In this document: positions 28,425 through 38,236 of the stretch, in pieces
Position numbering within the stretch: position 1 is the stretch's first letter
How the letters are laid out: every line of letters begins with the position of its first letter
NCBI GenBank assembly: GCA_964516285.1
Contig: CAZEWP010000001.1
Coordinates: 13,272-75,958, forward strand
DNA length: 62,687 nt
Origin: an uncultured Candidatus Saccharimonas sp.
Lineage (GTDB): Bacteria > Patescibacteriota > Saccharimonadia > Saccharimonadales > Saccharimonadaceae
Direction: 5' to 3'
Position numbers and translations under genes: made by a program
Notes under the pieces: generated by a model
What the model was told of the DNA's origin: nothing
The model's database searches: none
The model's input: only the letters and a program-made list of their open reading frames with translations

Positions 28425-28479
28425 AATGTTCCTGCTTAAATGACTAGTAATTATTGTTTTTTTATTATACCATTGAACT

Positions 28480-28854
28480 ATGGTAAAGATTGCAATTATA
28501 GAAGATGATGAACTCATCGGCCAAATGTATCGGATGAAATTTGAAGTTGAAAATTTCGATACCGAACTAGCTATTGACGGCGTCTCAGGGCTAGATTTAA
28601 TAGAAAATTATAATCCAGATTTAGTGCTTCTCGATTTACAGATGCCAGAGATGAATGGTGATGAAGTGTTAAGAAATATGCGCAAAAAAGACTGGGGGAA
28701 AGATATTCCGGTTATTATCCTAACCAACACCGGTAAGGAAGAAGCCCCTAAAGGTCTAGATAAATATAATGTTTATAGCTATATTGTCAAAGCAGAGTTA
28801 ACCCCCCGTGAGGTGGTCGTTAAAGTTAAAGAAGCTTTAAACTTAAAAGATTAA
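28480..28854 (+). CDS. Single-domain response regulator (CheY-like receiver only)
   Basis: 124 aa. EDDE acidic pocket, phospho-acceptor context LVLLDLQMP, and a conserved K near the C-terminus. No output domain. Confidence 0.85.
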   Translation: MVKIAIIEDDELIGQMYRMKFEVENFDTELAIDGVSGLDLIENYNPDLVLLDLQMPEMNGDEVLRNMRKKDWGKDIPVIILTNTGKEEAPKGLDKYNVYSYIVKAELTPREVVVKVKEALNLKD

Positions 28855-28863
28855 GATAAATCT

Positions 28864-29613
28864 TTATTCGAAAGATAAATCATTTCTCTGAATACTATTT
28901 ACTTTCTTAGCGTGGACCACTAATTTTTTTGAAGGAATATCTGAATAACAAGTTGATAAGGTTAAGACTTGATCTCCAGTGGCAACATGGGTGCTAAAAT
29001 TGTAAATACTTCTCTTTTTAATTAGTTTAATAAAATCATTAAACTCTTCTTTAGAAAAACTGGTGGCAATATAGTCATCTGTATCCAGAATTACATAAAT
29101 ACTAAAAATCTTCCACAAAGCACTTTCTTGTTCTTGGGCTGTCTGAATGATTAAATTATCTTCATTTAAAAACCAGTCTTTCTTTAAAGTGTTTTTTAAT
29201 GAGCCAAATAAAGTTAAATCCTTCCTGGCATGGGCGTAAAGAATGATATTTTGGTCATTAAAAGAGTTCCGATAATCCATAAAGACCCAACCCGCTTCAT
29301 TCCTGGTTTTATCAAGAGAATGATTTAAATAGAAAGTATTATTAATGGTTTTAACAAAGGGATAATCAATCTTAGTATTTTTGATTTTAAGATATCCAAT
29401 TATTTCTTGATTAATTTTCTTTAAATCAGACCAAGAAATCTTTAAGAAATCATTATCTTCTTTTAGGTTAGCAACTTTATGAACTAATTCAATGTCTTGA
29501 CTGGTACGCGAAGAATCTCTTTGCCAAACAATTATCTTATAAGCGGAAAAGAATAAAACTAAGCTAAGCAACACTATTAGCGCTAAAAATAAAAACCTTT
29601 TAGGCCGATTCAT
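28864..29613 (-). CDS. srtB: Class B-like sortase
   Basis: 249 aa with an N-terminal TM anchor. IDYPFV...YLNHS...MDYRN...ILYAHA and the catalytic TLSTCY motif. Confidence 0.75.
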   Translation of the reverse strand: MNRPKRFLFLALIVLLSLVLFFSAYKIIVWQRDSSRTSQDIELVHKVANLKEDNDFLKISWSDLKKINQEIIGYLKIKNTKIDYPFVKTINNTFYLNHSLDKTRNEAGWVFMDYRNSFNDQNIILYAHARKDLTLFGSLKNTLKKDWFLNEDNLIIQTAQEQESALWKIFSIYVILDTDDYIATSFSKEEFNDFIKLIKKRSIYNFSTHVATGDQVLTLSTCYSDIPSKKLVVHAKKVNSIQRNDLSFE

Positions 29614-29633
29614 CTTCTTCTCTAATAAAATAA

Positions 29634-30065
29634 TTAAGCCCTTTTCTTAAGATAAGTTCTAATAGAAAAAACTAATAAGATAGCGCTAACTACAAAAAGC
29701 ACTCCATAGAGTAAAACACTATCACTTGTTAAGGGATTAACTGTCCCAGTTTTTGTTACTTTAATAGTTTTAGAGGTAGTGTTTTCACCTTTATAGTCTC
29801 CTATTTGAATAGTACACTCACCTTCCAACCCCTCAATCACTGGTAGAACCAGACTAAACTTCCCCCCACTAGCTGTGGTGGTGGTAAAGTAGACCGGTTC
29901 TTTATTAACATTAAAAACGACAATTTGAATCTCTCCTTCACCAGTGCCAGCAACTGTAATTCGGCCATCAGCATAGGTCACGCTATCTAAGGTAATTGTG
30001 ACGGCCCGAGCATTAGGCGCAAACACTAATAAAAGTAAAAGTAGAGATGTTAATAGTTTTTTCAT
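29634..30065 (-). CDS. Small surface protein with NPLTS-type C-terminal sorting signal
   Basis: 143 aa with a signal peptide and a beta-rich body. NPLTSD is followed by a hydrophobic helix and a KKRA tail. Its start shares ATGA with the upstream gene. Confidence 0.65.
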   Translation of the reverse strand: MKKLLTSLLLLLLVFAPNARAVTITLDSVTYADGRITVAGTGEGEIQIVVFNVNKEPVYFTTTTASGGKFSLVLPVIEGLEGECTIQIGDYKGENTTSKTIKVTKTGTVNPLTSDSVLLYGVLFVVSAILLVFSIRTYLKKRA

Positions 30066-31636
30066 TATTTACCTCCTAGCTCTAACACCACACCAGAGCC
30101 GATGCCAAACTCGACTGATGGTAGCTTATCGCCATATTTAATTTTACCGTTTGTCAAAAAAGTAGCGACTTTAGTTGGATTTTTTATGTTTGTATCTAAT
30201 TTAGCGTCATATAACACAATATTGCCAAAACCAGCAAACATTTCTGCACTTTCATTAGCTTCTAGATTATTAACAAACTCTTCATCATCAATTTGAACTT
30301 GTTTATAGCCAATAATCTTATCCCCGTTATAGAAAATAACTTGCAAATAAGCATCAAATATTTCATCATTATGGTTTTGATTCTCGTAAAGATAAGCTTT
30401 ATTAATAATATAACTAGCTTCAACTATTCCGTGATCTGGATAGTTATGTAGCTTAAAGGCGGTTCTAATAATATTAATGTCTTTTTCTACCTTAGTGTTA
30501 TCTAAAAGTAAAATCTCAATCGTCACTTTTGTGATTGTTTCCACGCTTAGTGGTGGGAGATTAATATCAACAGTTCCATCAGGATTAACAACACCATTAC
30601 CTTTTACAAGCTTGGTGATTTTATCAACTTTTCCCCCCATGGCTGTTAAATTAACACTGGTATTACCAAAAAAGATTGAAACATCACCTTCTTGAATGCT
30701 ATCTGTCAAAAAAGCTTCCGCTGACAATTCAGAACCAACATCAAAAATAAAACTTAGCTCGGCATCAGCCCTAACAACTATTAAATCTTCAGTAGTTAAG
30801 TTTATAAAAAAGTTTAAATCGCCATAGTCATCATGCATTAGATGAATTCCAGCTCGACCATAGTCGAAAAACTTACTTTTAATATTTAAAGTAAGTCGAT
30901 CCTCTGAGGTCGAGAGTGTCTCTCTGGGTTCACCTTTTAAGACAAAACCCTCAATATGCAACGGTTCTAATCTTTCGGTGCCTGGATCACATTCATTAGG
31001 TTCTTTATCAGCTATAATGTCGCCATTAAATTCACAAACCTTAACTTTAAAACTAACATCACCGCCATCAAAACCACTTGGTAGCATAATGTTGGCTAAG
31101 TGATCAATTGGTACTGGGGATGGAAAACCAGCAAACTCGGCTAATATCTCGAAATCACCGGGATGACCACCGGGATGACCACCACCAGGTTCGCCACCAT
31201 GGTTAAGCGCTCTAAACTGAACATCAATATGGAAGTTCTCATTATCTTCAACAGTGTAATGAAGAACAAGATCGCCAGGAATATCTTCTACCACCTTTTC
31301 GCCATTAATTAAAAAATCTTTTAATTCAAAATTTCCATCAACATTAAAGATAAAATCAAGCTCATAAGGATCAGTAAACTCTGGTAAAATAAATTCTCCA
31401 TCAGTCGTAGTTAATTTTTCCCCGCCTGATCTAATCTCCATTTCACCCATATATTGCTCTCCATCAAAGAACTGAACAATATCTTCATGATTCACCTCGC
31501 CAGTATCTAAAATAATCCTTTGACTAGTGCTAGCTTTAACCGCTCCAAAAAAGCCAAAAGTTAAATTAGCAAACAGCAACCCAAAAATTAACAGGTAAGC
31601 TGTTACCCGCTTTGTTATCTTTTTTACTCCCTCCAT
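30065..31636 (-). CDS. Large secreted/surface protein (unknown fold)
   Basis: 523 aa with an N-terminal signal anchor and a GGHPGGHPG short tandem repeat. No C-terminal sorting signal. It is the first gene of the sortase operon. Confidence 0.6.
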   Translation of the reverse strand: MEGVKKITKRVTAYLLIFGLLFANLTFGFFGAVKASTSQRIILDTGEVNHEDIVQFFDGEQYMGEMEIRSGGEKLTTTDGEFILPEFTDPYELDFIFNVDGNFELKDFLINGEKVVEDIPGDLVLHYTVEDNENFHIDVQFRALNHGGEPGGGHPGGHPGDFEILAEFAGFPSPVPIDHLANIMLPSGFDGGDVSFKVKVCEFNGDIIADKEPNECDPGTERLEPLHIEGFVLKGEPRETLSTSEDRLTLNIKSKFFDYGRAGIHLMHDDYGDLNFFINLTTEDLIVVRADAELSFIFDVGSELSAEAFLTDSIQEGDVSIFFGNTSVNLTAMGGKVDKITKLVKGNGVVNPDGTVDINLPPLSVETITKVTIEILLLDNTKVEKDINIIRTAFKLHNYPDHGIVEASYIINKAYLYENQNHNDEIFDAYLQVIFYNGDKIIGYKQVQIDDEEFVNNLEANESAEMFAGFGNIVLYDAKLDTNIKNPTKVATFLTNGKIKYGDKLPSVEFGIGSGVVLELGGK

Positions 31637-31746
31637 AACCCCTCCTTTTATCTTTAAAATAGCCTATGTAGACACTTTTGTCAACAAATAACCATAGCTT
31701 AATAATCATAGTTAGACCCGGACGGCTTATTATTTAAAAATAAAAG

Positions 31747-32550
31747 TTATTTTTCTTGACGATTAGCTACTGTCAAAAGATTATCAAACAGAACGGCTAC
31801 AGTCAGAGGACCAACACCACCTTTTAGTGGTGTTATAGTTAAGTCTTTTCTTAAACGAGCTTCATCAGCCACATCACCTTTTAAAACTCCTTGGTCACTA
31901 GCCACCCCGGCGTCAACCACTATCACTTTTTGGGGTAACATTTCCGAAGTAATTAAACCAGGCACACCGGTAGCTGTAACAATAACTTCCGCTTGAGTTA
32001 GAACATCCTTTAGGTTTATTGTCTGGCTATCGTAAGCTGCAACCTGATAACCAGATTTTTGCCAAATCTTAAATAGCGGACTACCCACTAGTCGCCCTTT
32101 ACCAATAATCGCTATTTTTTTATTTACTAGATTAATTCCATAACCAGCTAATAACCAATTAATCGCTGTAGCCGTAGCTGAGTCGTAACTGGCTTGACTA
32201 CCTAAACCATCAATATCTTTATCTTTATGAATAGAATTAATAATCTTATCTGTTTGGCTTGGATCGGCTAACGGTAGCTGAACCACAATTCCATGAACTG
32301 ATTGATCTTGATTTAATTCTAATACTTTTTTTAGAAGTTGGTCTTCCGCCAACTGATAAGTGTCAACTTGAACACCGATATCTTGACCATAAGACTGCTT
32401 CAAGCGAAGATATAAGTCAACCACTGGCTGATCATTAGATTTTAGAATAACTAACTTTGGTTGGACTTTACGAGCCAACAATGACCTAACTTGTTTTGCT
32501 TGCCTAACTTTTATGTAGTCAGCTAAATCACGACCTGATAGTATCTTCAT
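31747..32550 (-). CDS. folD: Bifunctional methylene-THF dehydrogenase / methenyl-THF cyclohydrolase
   Basis: 267 aa. HGIVVQLPL and GKGRLVG motifs and the FolD layout. Confidence 0.85.
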   Translation of the reverse strand: MKILSGRDLADYIKVRQAKQVRSLLARKVQPKLVILKSNDQPVVDLYLRLKQSYGQDIGVQVDTYQLAEDQLLKKVLELNQDQSVHGIVVQLPLADPSQTDKIINSIHKDKDIDGLGSQASYDSATATAINWLLAGYGINLVNKKIAIIGKGRLVGSPLFKIWQKSGYQVAAYDSQTINLKDVLTQAEVIVTATGVPGLITSEMLPQKVIVVDAGVASDQGVLKGDVADEARLRKDLTITPLKGGVGPLTVAVLFDNLLTVANRQEK

Positions 32551-32665
32551 CTTTTAAAATCATAGCAAATAATCCTCTAAACAATAAGTCTTGTTTAAAA
32601 AACTTGTCTAAACTACAATAATGGTAAGCGTGAGCTTATTAAAATAATTTTATAAAGGAGAAAAG

Positions 32666-33277
32666 ATGGAAGACGAAATATTTAATTCTGGTGCAGAATA
32701 TGTTCAAACTAAATACATTATCTCAACACCAACTAGCTCGGCTTTAGGGCCAGTCGCGGTGCTAGCCGGTTTGTTTGTTTGGTTTTTAGTAGTCTTAGGT
32801 GGTTACGCTATTAGTTGTTGGCTAATGAGCCGTGTCTTTAAGAAATTCGGTGAAAAACCAATTAAAGCTTGGATCCCTTTTTACAATGTTTGGAAATTCC
32901 TAGAACTAGGTGGACAAAAAGGCTTTTGGATGTTTGTACCTGGAGCTAATACTATCTTTATGATTCTCTCTGCCTATAATCTAGGTAAAAAAATTGGTAA
33001 AAGCGACGCTTTTGTTTTGCTTTATATTTTTTTACAACCAATTTGGGCCATTATTGTTGGTTCTAAGAGTAGTCCAATTGTGGCTGGCGCACCAACCGCT
33101 GTCACACCTGATAACCAGTTTACCCAACAACCAGTAGCTTACCAACCAACTCCTGTTATTCAAGATGTGACTGCCCCGGTTACCCCATCTCAAGAAGCTC
33201 CTGCACCAGCAGAAGCAGAACCAGTCACCACGGAAGAACCTCAAGATTTAGATGACACTGATCAGATAGACAACTAA
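32666..33277 (+). CDS. Membrane protein (DUF5684-like) with Pro/Thr/Ala-rich tail
   Basis: 203 aa. RBS AAAGGAG, the KAWIPFYNVWKFLELGG motif and three TM helices. Confidence 0.6.
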   Translation: MEDEIFNSGAEYVQTKYIISTPTSSALGPVAVLAGLFVWFLVVLGGYAISCWLMSRVFKKFGEKPIKAWIPFYNVWKFLELGGQKGFWMFVPGANTIFMILSAYNLGKKIGKSDAFVLLYIFLQPIWAIIVGSKSSPIVAGAPTAVTPDNQFTQQPVAYQPTPVIQDVTAPVTPSQEAPAPAEAEPVTTEEPQDLDDTDQIDN

Positions 33278-33290
33278 GAAGCAACTACTA

Positions 33291-33325
33291 AACTAAAACT
33301 ACTCTTTCTTAGAGTAGTTTTAGTT
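33291..33325 (+). terminator. 15-bp perfect hairpin aactaaaactactct-ttctt-agagtagttttagtt
   Basis: Read directly, 14 nt after the stop codon. Confidence 0.7.
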
Positions 33326-33354
33326 TGCATTACACTTACGCTTTAAGCTATAAT
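33325..33354 (+). promoter_or_regulatory. Promoter TTGCAT-18 nt-TATAAT for xfp
   Basis: Read directly. Confidence 0.45.
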
Positions 33355-33364
33355 TAGTATTAAT

Positions 33365-35758
33365 ATGGTGGACATCAATCTTAATAATTATAAAAAATTT
33401 CAAAGAGCGGTAAACTATTTGACGGTCGCTCAAATCTTCTTACAAGATAACTTCTTGCTAGAACGGCCCCTTCAAGCTAGCGACATTAAACCTCGCCTGC
33501 TTGGACATTGGGGTTCTTGTCCGGGAGTTTCTCTAATTTATGCTCATCTAAATCGTTTAATTAAAGACTACGGTCAAGAAATGATGTTTATTCTTGGACC
33601 AGGCCACGCTTTCCCGGCCTTGCAAGCCAGCTTATTTTTAGAAGGGTCTCTCCAGGAATTTTATCCAAAAGCAACTCTTGATATAGAAGGGATTGCTTAT
33701 ATTTGTCACAACTTTAGTTGGCCTCACGGTTTTCCAAGCCACTCTAATCCTGGCACCCCTGGAGTTATTTTAGAAGGTGGTGAACTAGGTTATTCTTTGT
33801 CTACTGCTTACGGAGCAGTCTTGGATAATCCTAATATGATTGTCGCCTGCTTAATGGGTGATGGTGAGGCTGAAACTGGTCCAGCGGCCGCTTCTTGGCA
33901 TCTTAATAAACTGGTTGACCCAAAAACTAATGGCACCGTTTTACCAATCTTGCACTTAAACGGCTATAAGATTTCTGGGCCAACTGTATTTGGACGAATG
34001 AGTGACGATGAACTGAAAGCTCTTTTCTGGGGCTATGGTTATGAACCAAAGATTGTTGACGGTGATGACCTAGATCAAAAAACAGCCGAAGCGTTAGACT
34101 GGGCGCATCATCTTATTTGGGATATTAAGCACAGTGAAGCTAAACCCTCGCCTCGCCTGCCAATGATTATTTTACGAACCCCTAAAGGCATGACTGGACC
34201 AACCGAACTTGATGGTCAAAAAATTACTGGAAACTGTTTATCACATCAAGTAGTTTTAACTGAAGCTAAAACCAATAAAACCCAACTAAAAATGTTGGAA
34301 GATTGGCTAAAGTCTTACCACTTTGAAGAACTCTTTGACAAAAAAACTGGTTTTGGTGACTTCCTTAAGGAAATTATCCCTGAAGGAGTCAGCCGAATGG
34401 GCATGAGTCCGCACGCTCATGGCGGAAAACCAGTCTACCAAGCGCTCAACCTGCCTAAAATTGAAGATTTTTGTGAAGACGCTACCAAGCCAGGCACGAT
34501 TGGTTCTAGCAGTATGGTGCGAGCTGGACTTTACTTAAAAGAAGTTTTTCATCTCAACCAAGCAAACCACAACTTCCGCTTAATGTCCCCTGATGAAACT
34601 TACTCCAATAAACTTCATGCTGTTTTTGAGGAAACCGCTCGTGGTTGGGTTTGGCCAATCAAAGATTGGGACAAAGACCTAACTAGAACTGGCCGAGTCA
34701 TGGAAATGCTATCTGAGCAGACTCTCCAAGGACTAATCCAAGGCTACATTCTAACTGGTCGGCATGGTATTTTTGCTAGTTATGAAGCTTTTATTCAAAT
34801 CGTAGCTAGTATGATGGATCAATATGCTAAATTTATTAAACACACCGCCGATTATCCTTGGCGAAAAGACTTTCCATCACTCAACTATATCTTAACTAGT
34901 TCTGGTTGGCGCCAAGACCACAACGGCTTTAGTCACCAAAATCCTGGTTTTATCGACGGTGTCTTGCAACGCCATGGTGATTTTGTTGATGTCTATTTAC
35001 CACCTGATGGCAATTCAACCTTAGTTGTTCTAGAAAAAATGCTTTCTTCGGTTCGTAAAATTAATGTTTTAAGTGCCGGTAAAACTCTCGAACCACGCTG
35101 GCTAACACCTGAGCTAGCTAGAGACCAAATAGAATCTGGTGTCATGATTTGGGATTTTGCTAGCGACCCCGAGCCAGATGTTGTTTTAACTGCCGCTGGC
35201 GACTATTCAACCAAAGAAACCTTAGCTGCGATTAACTTAGCCAAGTCAGAATGGCCTAGCGCTCGTTTCCGCTTTATTAATATCAGTTCCTTAACCAGTA
35301 AGGGTCTAGGCACCAGCGAACAACCTATGTCAAGACTAGAGTTTAATCGCTTATTTACTCAGGACAAAGCAGTCATCTGTAATTTTCACGGCTATCCAGA
35401 AACTCTTAAATCAATCCTCTTTGATTATATTAAAGATGCCAGTCGTTTTGATGTCAGGGGCTATATTGAATGTGGTAGCACCACCACACCTTTTGACATG
35501 CATGTCCGCAATCGCACAAGTCGCTATCATTTAGTTATTGCTATCTTTGACCGCCTAGCTAAAGCTAATGTTCTACCACGAAATATTGCTCAAAATATTA
35601 TCCTTAAGTACCAAACCAAAATTAGCTTAAATACTGGTTATATTATGAAACATGGGGTTGATATGCCAGAAATTGACGAATGGCAATGGTCAGGTAGCGT
35701 CCCAGAAGATAAGGCACTGCTACACTCTATCGCGCTTGATGTTTCTGATATGAAATAA
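33365..35758 (+). CDS. xfp: Xylulose-5-P/fructose-6-P phosphoketolase
   Basis: 797 aa. EGGELGYS and GDGEAETGP are XFP signatures, and the protein is family-typical over its full length. Confidence 0.92.
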   Translation: MVDINLNNYKKFQRAVNYLTVAQIFLQDNFLLERPLQASDIKPRLLGHWGSCPGVSLIYAHLNRLIKDYGQEMMFILGPGHAFPALQASLFLEGSLQEFYPKATLDIEGIAYICHNFSWPHGFPSHSNPGTPGVILEGGELGYSLSTAYGAVLDNPNMIVACLMGDGEAETGPAAASWHLNKLVDPKTNGTVLPILHLNGYKISGPTVFGRMSDDELKALFWGYGYEPKIVDGDDLDQKTAEALDWAHHLIWDIKHSEAKPSPRLPMIILRTPKGMTGPTELDGQKITGNCLSHQVVLTEAKTNKTQLKMLEDWLKSYHFEELFDKKTGFGDFLKEIIPEGVSRMGMSPHAHGGKPVYQALNLPKIEDFCEDATKPGTIGSSSMVRAGLYLKEVFHLNQANHNFRLMSPDETYSNKLHAVFEETARGWVWPIKDWDKDLTRTGRVMEMLSEQTLQGLIQGYILTGRHGIFASYEAFIQIVASMMDQYAKFIKHTADYPWRKDFPSLNYILTSSGWRQDHNGFSHQNPGFIDGVLQRHGDFVDVYLPPDGNSTLVVLEKMLSSVRKINVLSAGKTLEPRWLTPELARDQIESGVMIWDFASDPEPDVVLTAAGDYSTKETLAAINLAKSEWPSARFRFINISSLTSKGLGTSEQPMSRLEFNRLFTQDKAVICNFHGYPETLKSILFDYIKDASRFDVRGYIECGSTTTPFDMHVRNRTSRYHLVIAIFDRLAKANVLPRNIAQNIILKYQTKISLNTGYIMKHGVDMPEIDEWQWSGSVPEDKALLHSIALDVSDMK

Positions 35759-35788
35759 AAGCGCCCGCGGTTAGATGCGAGCGCTTAG

Positions 35789-36334
35789 TTAATAGGGTGG
35801 TCGCCAAGGTAGTTTTTTTGTTTTAGTTGAAGAAACTATTGGTTTATAACCTTCGGCAAAAGCATGGGTTTTCCAAAACTGCCACACTTTTTTTCCGAAG
35901 TCATGGTCAGCCAAGGAGAACTCCTTAACAACAGAGCTCTTCCAAGGTTCCACCGGAAATTCTTTTCCGGGTTTAGCCACAACTAGGTTGTAGCCTTTTT
36001 TCTTGGCGTAGATTCTCTTATTTAACACAATTGTTAAATAAGTAGTGGGAGACGGCTTTACGCCAGAAATAAACCTGGAATAACCACGCCTGCCAACAAT
36101 TTGAGCATAATAAATTTGCTCTTTTTGTTGAGGGGTGGCCGATACACAATAATCCAAACCAATTTCTCGGCCAAGATCGACTGTAGCTGAAAGCCGATCT
36201 TGTCCATCAGCCTGAATCTGGTCCAAAGCTTCCTTAATGAGAGGAAGCAAGTCAGATTTGGTTTTTGTGTAAGGCTCTTTTGCCCTATCGAAAACCCTTT
36301 CACCTGACGCCAGACGCCCCAATAAATAGGACAT
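35789..36334 (-). CDS. Hypothetical protein, paralog of 36619-37176
   Basis: 181 aa. Shares GE.VFDR, YYAQ.V.R.GYSRF, EPW and FWK.HAF..GY blocks with the neighbouring ORF. Confidence 0.6.
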   Translation of the reverse strand: MSYLLGRLASGERVFDRAKEPYTKTKSDLLPLIKEALDQIQADGQDRLSATVDLGREIGLDYCVSATPQQKEQIYYAQIVGRRGYSRFISGVKPSPTTYLTIVLNKRIYAKKKGYNLVVAKPGKEFPVEPWKSSVVKEFSLADHDFGKKVWQFWKTHAFAEGYKPIVSSTKTKKLPWRPPY

Positions 36335-36477
36335 TTTATCACCACCTTTGCAAAAAACTAATAGCTCCTAACCTTAGCTATTTACGATATTATACCATAA
36401 AATAATATTTTTACCAGAATAAATTTAATAAAAAAATTGCTTTTTCAAAAAGCAATCATTGCAAATTATTAAAACAT

Positions 36478-36554
36478 TGGTGGGTCAGGTGGGACTCGAA
36501 CCCACGACATTCTGCTTAAGAGGCAGACGCTCTAACCGGCTGAGCTACTAACCC
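36478..36554 (-). tRNA. tRNA-Lys: tRNA-Lys (anticodon CUU), CCA encoded
   Basis: Acceptor GGGTTAG/CTGACCC, anticodon arm TCTGC-CTCTTAA-GCAGA, T arm GTGGG-TTCGAGT-CCCAC. Confidence 0.9.
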
Positions 36555-36618
36555 ATAATAAAACGCCTTTTATTTTAGCATATTATTGAATTAATTTCTA
36601 TTAAAATAGCGCCGTTCA

Positions 36619-37176
36619 TTAAAGATCGGCGCTGTCGAGGTTGATTTTTGTCCAAGGGCACCTTTTAACAATAGAAAAATCATAAATCTTTCTATATCCC
36701 TTAACAAAAGCGTGCTTCTTCCAAAAAGACCAGCTTTTATTAATAATGTCTGGATCGTTTTTTGAAGCCATAAGTAATATATCTTTTTGCCAAGGTTCCG
36801 GATAAGACTTATCCCCGGGGTAAAAACCCCTCAAGACATAATAATCATCTACTCTAGAGAGGATAACTACTAACTTATTAGTGGGCTCTGGTTGGCGCTC
36901 TCTCACAAAACGCGAATAGCCTGTCCGATCAACCATTTGAGCATAGTAGATACGATCCAACTCTTTCTTAGAGACTTCGACACAGTATTTCATGCCGGTT
37001 TGGAAGAAAAAAGGATACTCTTTTGCTAGATGATATTCTCCTTGTGATCGTGTCCTAGCTAATAACTCCGGTAGTAGTTGAGTAATTTCTGGAGGTTTAA
37101 CCAACATAATTGGGTCCCTTTTTCGGTCAAAAACCTCTTCCCCGGTCGCTAGCTGACCAATCTTAGCAGGTTTCAA
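36619..37176 (-). CDS. Hypothetical protein, paralog of 35789-36334
   Basis: 185 aa. Same conserved blocks as the other copy. Confidence 0.6.
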   Translation of the reverse strand: MKPAKIGQLATGEEVFDRKRDPIMLVKPPEITQLLPELLARTRSQGEYHLAKEYPFFFQTGMKYCVEVSKKELDRIYYAQMVDRTGYSRFVRERQPEPTNKLVVILSRVDDYYVLRGFYPGDKSYPEPWQKDILLMASKNDPDIINKSWSFWKKHAFVKGYRKIYDFSIVKRCPWTKINLDSADL

Positions 37177-37264
37177 TTAAATCACCCCTTTTTAAGTAAC
37201 TACAGTCAAGACCTCACTGACTGTGCCACCTCTTTATAGCTTATTTATAAAGAAAATTCTAGCT

Positions 37265-38068
37265 CTAATTTAATCTGTCAGCAATTGCCTCGGCAAAACT
37301 ATCGGTAATTAAGTGTCGTTTACCTTTTAACTCGATAACCTTAACATTGCTTTGCTTACTTAAGCTCCTTATTACCGCCTTGACAAGCAAACCGTCGAGC
37401 GACCCATAAATAACAGTAATTGGTTGATTCAGTTGGCTTATTTCTTGATAGGTATTTTGGTCAAGAATAGTATTTTTTAAAGATTGCTCAAAGCTGTGCC
37501 AATTTTGCTCAATAATCTCAGCTCCATCTTTAACATTTAAAAACTGTCTAAAAAGCTTCGAGGCTTTAAGCGATAACTTCTTGTTTTTTAATAAATATTC
37601 AAATCCCTTAAGAATAAGACTAGTTTCTTTTTTAATTAAATAAGACTGATTAGCTTCATCTTTTTTAAGATACAACGGCGGGCTAACTAGAAACAACCGT
37701 TCTATTTTCTTCGGATTTTTTGTGGCGTAGTGAGTCGCAATAATTGACCCCATAGAATGCCCGACAAAAGTGGCTTTTTTTATACCCAAAGAATAAAGTG
37801 TTTTCTTAACAGCTCTCATATGATCATTAACTGTAAATCGACAACGCTGAGGTTTAGGTGATTGGCCAAAACCTAATAAGTCTAAAGCTACGAGCCGATA
37901 CTTTTTAGTATCTAGATTTTTAATAACTGACTCCCAAGTCTTAGCAGTAGCTGCAATGCCATGTAAAAAAACAATCGTCGGCTGGTTAGGTAAACCAGAG
38001 TCATGAGCTACATACAAAAAATAGCCTGGCTTTAACCAACCTATTATTTTTCGTAAAAACTTAAACAT
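37265..38068 (-). CDS. Alpha/beta-fold hydrolase
   Basis: 267 aa. HG oxyanion motif (VFLHGI) and nucleophile elbow GHSMG. Confidence 0.75.
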   Translation of the reverse strand: MFKFLRKIIGWLKPGYFLYVAHDSGLPNQPTIVFLHGIAATAKTWESVIKNLDTKKYRLVALDLLGFGQSPKPQRCRFTVNDHMRAVKKTLYSLGIKKATFVGHSMGSIIATHYATKNPKKIERLFLVSPPLYLKKDEANQSYLIKKETSLILKGFEYLLKNKKLSLKASKLFRQFLNVKDGAEIIEQNWHSFEQSLKNTILDQNTYQEISQLNQPITVIYGSLDGLLVKAVIRSLSKQSNVKVIELKGKRHLITDSFAEAIADRLN

Positions 38069-38084
38069 ATATTTAGCTTAATCC

Positions 38085-38161
38085 TGGTACACCCGGCAGG
38101 ATTCGAACCTGCGACCACTTGGTTCGAAGCCAAGTACTCTAATCCGCTGAGCTACGGGTGC
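38085..38161 (-). tRNA. tRNA-Arg: tRNA-Arg (anticodon UCG), CCA encoded
   Basis: Anticodon arm CTTGG-CTTCGAA-CCAAG, T arm GCAGG-TTCGAAT-CCTGC, acceptor with a G1-U72 pair. Confidence 0.85.
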
Positions 38162-38236
38162 GCGACAGAGATTATTATAACATAAAAACTACTAATCTTA
38201 AAAACAATCTTAATTAACTAATGCTATACTAGATTT

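Noticed and set aside
28425-28517. N-terminal 31-aa extension of the polyprenyl synthase ORF
   Set aside because: It runs into the divergent response-regulator gene (overlapping its first ~38 nt). The internal Met at 28424 gives the family-typical N-terminus.
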